Origin: Amoeboradix gromovi X-113
Lineage: Eukaryota > Fungi > Sanchytriomycota
Assembly (NCBI GenBank): GCA_018985225.1
Contig: JADGIF010000162.1
Location: forward strand, 1-16,443
Direction of reading: 5' to 3'
Length of the DNA: 16,443 nucleotides
Under the pieces are notes generated by a model, which had not been told where the DNA came from, searched no databases, and was given only the letters and a program-made list of their open reading frames with translations. Made by a program: the position numbers and the translations under genes. Below, one piece after another: positions 7,613 to 16,443 of the stretch (positions are counted from its first letter, which is position 1; every line of letters starts with the position of its first letter).

Positions 7613-10069
7613 CTAATCTGTATTTATTTTTAATCTCGAAATTTTGACTTTTTCTATAGAATTATTCTCCGCCAGCAGCTGGGCCAAATCTTTTCCTGTT
7701 TTATTATCAACATGAAAATAATCCTCTCCGTTCTGCTCACAAACAAATGCACTCATTATTATCTTTTCACTCCAATTAAGCTCAGGAGGATATCTCTTCA
7801 ATAATTCTCGTTCTTTAAATGAATCATCCTCCTCAAAAGACTCTATCTTAATCCCAAATGGAACCTGACAGCCACCTTCAATGCTCTGCAGAATTCTTCT
7901 TTCGTTTTCTACTAGCACTGCATCTTGGTAATTCTCCAAATACTTCCTAAGATAGTATATCAAGGACGTGTTCGTGCTAGCACATTCTATGGCTATTGCT
8001 CCTTGTCCTGCTGCATAAAATCCATTTAAAGTCTTCTTATTAAATTTCGGCAAAGTCTTCTTTAGATCTGGTTGATACGCCATCAGTCTATCTAAACCAC
8101 TTTCAGCCAGAATTAACGCATCATACTCATTGGTGTTTAGCAGTTTAGACAATCTTGTGCCTACCGTACCTCTTATATTCTTTATTACCAGATGAGGAAA
8201 ATGCTTGTTTAAATACGCAGCTCTACGTAGCGCACTGGTACCTACAACAGTTCCCGGCGGTAAATGGCTCATACATGTCCATGTTTTATCGGCAGAGAAT
8301 ACCAAACAGTCCAATTTAGAGTGTCTTTTGGTTATGGCTGCAATGCACAGACCAGGGTTCAACTTGGTTTCTAAATCCTTTAAAGAGTGTTGCGCAAAAT
8401 GCAACACCCCATCTAGGATAGCACACTCTAATTCCCTGGTAAACAATCCTTTACTTCCAATCTGGCTTAAGCTTTTATCCAAAATCTTATCTCCAGTTGT
8501 GGTGAACGTTCGTGTTTTGATATGGAATGGAGAGTCCTTAAACAATCCGGATACGATGTCTGCTTGTGCTAAAGCTAACGGGGATGCCCTGCTTCCCATA
8601 AATAACGATTTTACCTCATCTACTAAAATTCCAATTTTAAGTGGGTCCATGTCTGGTTTCGTGCCGTGCCCTAAATTGACAATGTACCTAGACCTATGAG
8701 TCGGTAGCGCCTGTTCGAATGTGCGAATCATATCTCTAGCTAGTGCTCTAATTTCATCATCAGGCAGATAAATGTAGTCTGGACTAAAATTGCCTTGTAA
8801 GCCTGTGCTTAGTGGGATATCTTGGATAGACTTAGTTCCAAATGTCTGAGAAACACTTATTGTCCAATAATTACTCTTAGCAATCAGCTGGTTTATCAAA
8901 TTTGGATCTAATTCACGAGGGAATATTTGAATCGGTGTCGTAGGATGCTTACTGCTGAATTGATTTGCGATATCAATCAAATATGGTTCTTCAAATTCCA
9001 AGTATAGGTCGACAGGAAGTTCGCCTACGAATGAGTCAAACACTTGGACCATATCTGCGCCCGCTAATACTTGATTAGAGAGGTAGTCAATCGACACGTC
9101 TGTTATTTTACGCAGTAGCATGTGGGTTAGCTCTTTATTGTTTTTCACAAAATCAGCTGCAATGTCTCTGCCAACCATATAAGACATGACTGTCCACGGG
9201 GCACCACAAAACCCAATTAAGGCAGTATGTGGTAATTTGTATCTCTCGGCGTCATGTTTAGCAAGTCCTAACTTAGTTAGTCTAAGTGCGTCATAAACAT
9301 GATCGAGAACTGACGGTTTGTACTTTAGTTTAGACACATCTTCAAGTGATTTTATCGGTTGTGGAAAATAAGGGCCAGGACGCATCTCAAGTTCCATACC
9401 TAACGCTTGAGGAACTACCATTATATCAGAAAATATGATAGCAGCGTCCATGCTATATCTCCAAACAGGTTGTAGAGTTATTTCACTGGATAACTGAGGA
9501 TCCGCTGTGATCTCTAGAAAATTCCTACCATCTTTTAATTTCATATATTCTGGGAGATACCTGCCAGCTTGTCGATGAATCCAAATTGGGGGACGAGGTT
9601 TACCTACCCCATAAATTGTTTGAACAATGTATGGCAATTTCGGGAGATTTACAAACTCAGAAGTTAGACATCTATTGATATAATCAAGTCTATTGTAATC
9701 AACATGATCTGATTCATTAAAACATTCAAAAGAGTTTTCAAAATTGCCAAAAGACTGGCGCATTGTTAACATTCGTTGCAGTGTTGCTTTTGAAGCTGGG
9801 ATTTTACAGAAATGCTGGGCTAGACCTGAAATAAAGCCAAAGAGCACTTCCAAGTTGTTACTCGCTGTAAAAGTATCTATACACTTAAAAACATCCTGGA
9901 AATGGAATAGAACATCTGCATGGAATGTCCAAAAATGGCAAGAGATAATAGAATCATCATAAGATAGCATGGGAAGCCATGGATTACTAAAGAACACCAA
10001 TGTCTTTCCATCTTTTATCAAAATCTTATCGATCGTTGCTTGTGGGACGCGCTGGAGAATATGTTCCAT
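7613..10069 (-). CDS. hemE-hemC: Fusion protein: unknown N-terminal region + uroporphyrinogen decarboxylase (HemE/Hem12) + porphobilinogen deaminase (HemC/Hem3), about 818 aa
   Basis: UROD motifs (about 9634-8606): PIWIHRQAGRYLPEY, EITLQP, DAAIIFSDI, LIGFCGAPWT..Y, GADMVQVFDS, LQGN, YIVNLGHG. PBGD motifs (8605 onward): MGSRASPLALAQ, TTGDKILD, KGLFTRELE, HSLKD, GTSALRR, IRGTVGTRLSKL, ILAESGLDRL, AAGQGAIAIE, EGGCQVP (cofactor Cys at 7868-7870). One uninterrupted frame. The first ATG is 10069; the ORF-track start 10105 is TTG. Confidence 0.93.
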   Translation of the reverse strand: MEHILQRVPQATIDKILIKDGKTLVFFSNPWLPMLSYDDSIISCHFWTFHADVLFHFQDVFKCIDTFTASNNLEVLFGFISGLAQHFCKIPASKATLQRMLTMRQSFGNFENSFECFNESDHVDYNRLDYINRCLTSEFVNLPKLPYIVQTIYGVGKPRPPIWIHRQAGRYLPEYMKLKDGRNFLEITADPQLSSEITLQPVWRYSMDAAIIFSDIMVVPQALGMELEMRPGPYFPQPIKSLEDVSKLKYKPSVLDHVYDALRLTKLGLAKHDAERYKLPHTALIGFCGAPWTVMSYMVGRDIAADFVKNNKELTHMLLRKITDVSIDYLSNQVLAGADMVQVFDSFVGELPVDLYLEFEEPYLIDIANQFSSKHPTTPIQIFPRELDPNLINQLIAKSNYWTISVSQTFGTKSIQDIPLSTGLQGNFSPDYIYLPDDEIRALARDMIRTFEQALPTHRSRYIVNLGHGTKPDMDPLKIGILVDEVKSLFMGSRASPLALAQADIVSGLFKDSPFHIKTRTFTTTGDKILDKSLSQIGSKGLFTRELECAILDGVLHFAQHSLKDLETKLNPGLCIAAITKRHSKLDCLVFSADKTWTCMSHLPPGTVVGTSALRRAAYLNKHFPHLVIKNIRGTVGTRLSKLLNTNEYDALILAESGLDRLMAYQPDLKKTLPKFNKKTLNGFYAAGQGAIAIECASTNTSLIYYLRKYLENYQDAVLVENERRILQSIEGGCQVPFGIKIESFEEDDSFKERELLKRYPPELNWSEKIIMSAFVCEQNGEDYFHVDNKTGKDLAQLLAENNSIEKVKISRLKINTD

Positions 10070-10791
10070 CCTTGAACGTGATAATAAATGAGCAAGACTT
10101 TGCAAAGCCCCAACAATGACATGGGCGCTTGATAGATTTGTTTCAAAGCCTTTGATTTCATTGTACTATAATGGAGTCATTGCTCTTATCTAGTCATAAT
10201 CAGCATCTATTTTACGCTTGTTCTATTTTCAAATCGTTATGAATGAATGAATTAAAAACAGAAAAATCAGTATTTCTAAGTTGAGCTTCAATGTTAAGAA
10301 TAGAAATTAGATCAAGAGTTAAATTAGCGATTAAGTCATTTATTTAGAGATGCTCTAAAGAATTATGGCAGTGAGTGTCACGCAGTGTCCAATAGATAGC
10401 CGAAAAACCATTCCAGACTTGCCAACACTTAACCAAAGCCTTCATCAAGATAGGAATGCTGATATTAGCAAAAAATGTAGTGTATATTGTTCTGACCACG
10501 CATAAAAATCAATTTAATAGCGAAGTGCTTATAACCCCAAGAGGTTCATTATCTTTATCCAGTATGAGTGGATTACACATTTCAGTAGTATCCTACTTGC
10601 GTAGTAAATAGTATCGTATAAAATTATTATGCTTAATCTCCGAATGGCAATTGTGGCAATCATTTTAGTCTGGTTTTATGTTTCACTTCTAATCTGTAAA
10701 TTATACATAGATTCTATAGACAGAAGCTATATTACTTTTCGGCTCCTCTACTTTCTATACTTGATGTCTTTTTTTGTTATATTTGCAATTA

Positions 10792-10841
10792 GACCAATCA
10801 ACTCCTACAATCGATATGATTGGTCGTGTTTCGTATAAATA
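10792..10841 (+). promoter_or_regulatory. Candidate beta-tubulin promoter: inverted pair of CCAAT boxes plus TATA-like element
   Basis: GACCAATCA (10792-10800) and its exact reverse complement TGATTGGTC (10817-10825). TATAAATA at 10834-10841, 22 nt before the ATG at 10864. Confidence 0.5.
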
Positions 10842-10854
10842 TATACGTATTTGA

Positions 10855-12207
<1,353 letters not shown>

Positions 12208-12459
12208 CTAATTCAGCTGTTCAAGCATAAAAATAAATCTAATTTATGATAAACTTTACTTTAATATCTGTCAGTAGTGAGCATACTAACAGTGTTGGAT
12301 GATTGATTAGCTGTAGCGCAGAAAGGCTGCTGCAGATTCGATTTATGTGGCTGAGTAGTTGTTGCGGTGGCATTGCATCAATTTTGGGATGTCTTTGAAA
12401 GAGGTTGTTGAAATATCATATTTTTGAAATCATCTATTTTAATTTAATAAATAATTTAT

Positions 12460-13050
12460 TCTTGTGGCCTAAAATTTACCATTCTAGTAGCTCTCCTACC
12501 CGCAGTTTCCCAATTAAATAAAGAGACGATATCATTGTCTTCTCATGTATGGCAAATTACTCAAAATTATCACTGCCAGAATTTGCCGCTCTTATAGGTC
12601 ACTGGTTGAAATAAACTACACTCTTCTACCAGAAATTTCAGGCATCGAGATTTCCATCATATGCCATCAAGCCTTTTCTCAATATGGAATATGCACCGCC
12701 AATACGTATTTCAAAATAGCTTGGCTGATTAGCACTTGAGCATGTGTTGCAACATCTCAATCGATAAACATTTTCATGTTCTGCTTTATGTCTTTCTTTC
12801 CTATCTGATGACATGAAGATGTCGGATTCCTTATTGTGGTTTCTAGATGTTCCTCCAACTTAGAAATGAGGGTGTTTTGTCAGAATGGGTCTCATATTTA
12901 TAAACTTGAGTTAATATTCTATCCCGCCTATTGCGCTTGAAGTTTCAGGAAACAGTATAAATGATCGACCTAGGCAATACCTTTGCAAGATTTTTTGATG
13001 TTCTGCGGGACTCCAAGGATTTTAGGGGAGAACTGTTCTGCATCTGCGCT
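12460..13050 (-). pseudogene. Degraded coding relic, tentatively the 3' part of a Fanzor/TnpB-like nuclease
   Basis: The stop-free frame 12859-12638 reads ..TSRNHNK..ENVYRLRCCNTCSSANQPSYFEIRIGGAYSILRKGL, resembling Zn-finger CxxC followed by RD-x-N-A-A-x-N-I-L but lacking the Asp. Hairpins lie downstream. Motif resemblance only. Confidence 0.3.
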
Positions 13051-13087
13051 CAATAATTAATTAAATAGTTTATTTACATAATTTCAT

Positions 13088-14459
13088 TTATTCAACAATT
13101 GAATCTAGATTACGACGGTGCTCAGAAGATGTCTTCAATATCTCTACGAAATGAGATGAATCATCACGTTTAATCAGAGGGACAACGCTCCACGTTGGAT
13201 TTTCTCTCATATGTTGTTGCGATATCATGAACTCTTCTTTGGAAATAACCGATCCCTCGCATTTAAGCCATGGATGACATACTATTTCAAAAATACTAGC
13301 TCGCTTGTGTAAATTAGGTTCAAGCATCCGTCTTAGCAGGTGAATTACATCTAAATTAGTAAGAAGTACTTGAATTCATCCGTGGAAGAACTTCAAAATT
13401 GCCTCTTTCTGATTCTCTTACGTTTTTAAATGGTATATTACGGGAATACAGGACATATAAAATAACTCCCATTGCCCAAATCTCAGCCTCAGGTCCTCGG
13501 TATTGACAGCCCTTAAGAATTTCAGGGCTCGCGAAATCTACTGTACCCAAAAATCTATCAAAGTAATTTTTGGTATCTTCGGGAATGAAGCTTGCTGATC
13601 CAAAATCAATTAATTTTACGTTGTAAAACTCGTCCACCACTAAGTTCTCATCTTTCAAGTCTCTATGAACGATATTGTTAAGTTGCAAATATAATATCGC
13701 TGATACAAGTTGTGAGAATATCTTACGAATAGCTCTGTCTGGCAGAAAATCATGCGCGTCAACACACTCAAATAAATCACAGGAGGTTTTTGGTTGGAGA
13801 AGCCTTTTTGATTCTAAATCAAGAGAAGTCAAAGTGTGCTCATCAGAACTCCCTGGTTTTAATGGATTCTTTTCGTCATATAGCTTGATACCCTCATTTC
13901 GAAGCACAGGGTCAAAACATCTGTTTCCTGGTTTCCACTCACATCCAAACAACTCGGTGATTATAATAAAGTAGTCCGAGGTCTCGAAATGTTCGTAGTA
14001 TTTTATAATATTCTTGTGATTGAGCACGGATAAAAAGTTTATCTCGTTTGGCACCAATCCCAGTTGATCGTGCTGAACCCAATTTCTAACGTTTACTTTA
14101 TGCTTGAATACAAATTTTATAGCCACCTTGCCATATTCTGCGGACGTTCCAGCTAAAACAAAACCATAAGTCCCATCACCCAAGAAGTTGGTCACTTTGT
14201 ATCTCCTTAGCTCATGTCTTAGTTTTATCCCATTTAAAATATCCAATACTTCTTGAAACCTCTTCTCTCTTTCTGCAGTTCCGCCTACTGGGTAGACCTC
14301 TTCTTCTTTGACTAACGTGCTAGTACTCGTATCCAGTGGTGATTTCAAGGTAGAGTCTGATTCTTTAAAATTCAGTTGCTCAAAGCTTATATTCTGAACC
14401 AGCTTGCTGCTTCCACTCTTCTTCTTGAATGGGTTAAATTTCTTTAATTCAAAATTCAT
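13088..14459 (-). CDS. Ser/Thr protein kinase, PASK/PSK-like (CAMK group) without a recognisable PAS domain; 2 exons (14459-13370, 13350-13088), about 450 aa
   Basis: LGDGTYG, VAIK, LGLVPNEI, SCDLFECV, HRDLKDEN (KDEN is typical of PASK/PIM), DFGSA, GTVDFASPE, YRGPEAEIW. Splicing 13351-13369 restores subdomain XI (..MNSNVIHLLRRMLEPNLHKRASIFEIVCHPW). The first ATG is 14459; the ORF-track start 14519 is TTG. Confidence 0.9.
13351..13369 (-). other. 19-nt spliceosomal intron (phase 1) in kinase
   Basis: Minus-strand sequence GTACTTCTTACTAATTTAG has GT..AG ends, ACTAAT before NTAG, and the in-frame TAA. Excision completes the kinase domain with normal spacing. Confidence 0.88.
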
Positions 14460-14579
14460 CCACGGGATATGTCTACTTTTCTGAAGAGGCTTGACCTTGA
14501 CCTCAGTTTCTGAGAGCAATCAAAGAATTTAAAACATACGGGCTCAAAACTTTCAATCAAGCATATTTATTTGATGTAA

Positions 14580-16088
14580 CTATTGTTTTTTGCTCGCGTC
14601 TACCATGAAATCATATTCTTTGCCCATAATTCTTCCTATTTGTTGCTTAAATATAATAAATGAACTATGTATACTAGCTGCCATTATCAAAAATACGCAG
14701 CTCATTGGAAACCATATCAAATCAAAATGGGCTAGTATCGAGTGCCTATCGTATTTTGCTAGGCCATATAACTTGTATTTACTCAGATAATAGTGATTCA
14801 AATCATAAACTAGAGCTATTACCGGCAATATGCTAACCATCCACACCAAACCTAATTTAAGGCCAAACTCACTCCAGTATCTTCCAAAGACACCAGCATC
14901 TATGTTTTCCATGCCACTTAGGTAATCATTTAAACAGATTCCAAACACAAACCATATCAATCCCAGCAAAAGTGTCATTATTACACATTCTGCGTAGTTG
15001 AATATCAGTTTAATCATTCTTTTTGTTCGTACTTGGAACGCTGTGTAGATGCTCTTTTCTAACATCAAAAACGCCAAATTATGTCTCAAACTCTGTTTAT
15101 ATCTCTCCTTTATATTCAAAATGTAATTCCCAGCATTGACATTTAAATAGTTGAAAGGAATCAAGACGGCGATAAGATCTAATTTATTACTTGTTCGTTC
15201 TGTATATGTAACAGCTCTGTACATCATTGCTGTGTCTTCTCCAAATCCATATTCGCTAACATCCCAGTAATTCATTAAATGAATCAATTCCAATGGCAAA
15301 GAATAAGAGCTAAGCGGCATGATCTTAGAATTGCTAATCAAGCTAGTCATGTGTCCAATGGCCCACGAAGCATCTTTTACTCTTACCAAAGTGGGCACTG
15401 TCGAAGGATTCTGAGCAAACACCGTAGATGGAGCAAACATGACAAATTCATTATGATTAGCGTACTTTCGCGTTATATGCTGCATATAAAGCATCGGAAT
15501 GTGGGCATCGGCATCAGTGACTGTTATTAACACCTTGGTACAGGATTTAAAATGCTTGTATAACAATGGGAGGGCATAATTGAGATTAACATGCTTGCCT
15601 TTGATCGACTCGGGAGGGTGCACAGTAGTCAGAATGCTTTTGAAAACTTTGGAAGAATATGCAGAAACAGCACCATCAAGCAATTGTTTCCCAACAAATA
15701 AAGGAAAAGATTTAGCATACATAGAGTGGTTCACATCCCTCTCTTCTAAAGCAAATACAACAGTGTATTCTGACGCATGGTCATGCTCACCAAGCACCTG
15801 AAGTGTCTGATGAATGATCTGGATGGATTCATTATATACTGGAATCACAATGCAGTGTTTGACATTCGTAGGATACTTTAAAGCATCGGTAAGATAAAGC
15901 TGACGATAAGCTACTTCATCCTTAACCATTTTATTTTGACGAAGAACCATTCTAAAGTATACCAGAGCATAGTTCACCAGAATGATATTAACCACAATCA
16001 GACCATACCACATATACCGGTAAAACATATGTAATGAATATATTATGGCCATGAAAACAGGGAATATGAACATGGCGATAGGTACCAT
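14580..16088 (-). CDS. Multi-pass membrane GT2-family glycosyltransferase (processive synthase-like), 502 aa or more
   Basis: HCIVIPVYNE, VHP..SIKGKHVNLNYA, TVTDAD (DxD), GED, QSLRH (QxxRW-like). Hydrophobic segments at both N- and C-termini; AATAAA at 14566-14571. The frame stays open for about 39 codons upstream of the ATG, so the start is uncertain. Confidence 0.85.
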   Translation of the reverse strand: MVPIAMFIFPVFMAIIYSLHMFYRYMWYGLIVVNIILVNYALVYFRMVLRQNKMVKDEVAYRQLYLTDALKYPTNVKHCIVIPVYNESIQIIHQTLQVLGEHDHASEYTVVFALEERDVNHSMYAKSFPLFVGKQLLDGAVSAYSSKVFKSILTTVHPPESIKGKHVNLNYALPLLYKHFKSCTKVLITVTDADAHIPMLYMQHITRKYANHNEFVMFAPSTVFAQNPSTVPTLVRVKDASWAIGHMTSLISNSKIMPLSSYSLPLELIHLMNYWDVSEYGFGEDTAMMYRAVTYTERTSNKLDLIAVLIPFNYLNVNAGNYILNIKERYKQSLRHNLAFLMLEKSIYTAFQVRTKRMIKLIFNYAECVIMTLLLGLIWFVFGICLNDYLSGMENIDAGVFGRYWSEFGLKLGLVWMVSILPVIALVYDLNHYYLSKYKLYGLAKYDRHSILAHFDLIWFPMSCVFLIMAASIHSSFIIFKQQIGRIMGKEYDFMVDASKKQ

Positions 16089-16366
16089 AATGCAAAAATA
16101 TCCAAGTGTTTTAGGGAGTCGATTTATGATTTTGAAACCGGTAGAGCGGAGAGTGGATATACAGACGAGGATGCTAGCAATCGGATTTTTGGCGACCCAG
16201 GATACTCAAAACACTTTATCAGGCCTTGAAATAGCAGCCGGAGTTGGAATCTAAATTTTGTCAAAAGAAAGTGTTCACTCGATCAAGGAATTTATATATA
16301 TAAACATGCAGAAGTTAGTTCACGGATACTCGAGTAATATACGACAGCGAGTAAAAAACAATATTA

Positions 16367-16443
16367 TTGCTATTCGTATACGATATGTGGGACAGCAAAT
16401 ATAAAAAGTAGACCAAGTCGTTTTTAAAGGAGGTACTCCATAA
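16367..16443 (-). repeat. Dispersed repeat copy C (inverted, truncated by the window end)
   Basis: The reverse complement is 77/77 identical to 7519-7595. Confidence 0.95.

Noticed and set aside
8205-8699. 164-aa plus-strand ORF, and other overlapping ORFs such as 461..850, 1010..1321, 4619..4870, 4785..5042, 5312..5707, 11697..11960, 13675..13974, 16045..16254
   Set aside because: Antisense or alternate-frame shadows of well-supported genes, with no motifs of their own.
10160-10235. Three in-frame TAGs upstream of hemE-hemC suggested TAG/TAA=Gln reassignment
   Set aside because: Tubulin and the Gln-rich Sec17 use only CAA/CAG internally and end at TAA and TAG at the expected positions, so the standard code fits.
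14510-14539. 30-nt GTATGT..CAG candidate intron upstream of the kinase
   Set aside because: The upstream exon in the required phase hits TGA immediately and has no ATG, and there is no ACTAAT. At most a UTR intron.

Overview
Eukaryotic DNA, AT-rich and gene-dense, most likely from a fungus: it carries a fungal-type Gti1/Pac2 (WOPR) factor and a fungal-like beta-tubulin. An early-diverging, compact-genome lineage is my inference. The standard genetic code applies, since TAA, TAG and TGA all end genes. Genes in order: WOPR transcription factor (+), DH-PH RhoGEF (-, one intron), alpha-SNAP/Sec17 (+, in a GC-rich island), a frameshifted orphan with an internal domain duplication (-), a single-ORF HemE (UROD)-HemC (PBGD) fusion with an unexplained N-terminal extension (-), intronless beta-tubulin (+), PASK-like Ser/Thr kinase (-, one intron) and a membrane GT2 glycosyltransferase (-). 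Main observations: (1) both inferred introns are exactly 19 nt with the shared layout GTA..ACTAAT-N-TAG; (2) the HemE-HemC fusion joins non-consecutive heme-pathway steps with essentially no linker; (3) a dispersed, apparently coding-derived repeat occurs four times, and two copies are identical over 77 bp in inverted orientation around an 8.8-kb four-gene block; (4) the orphan changes frame (+1) at or near CTT-TAG; (5) a possible decayed Fanzor/TnpB 3' fragment lies between tubulin and the kinase. All calls come from manual motif reading; no searches were run.
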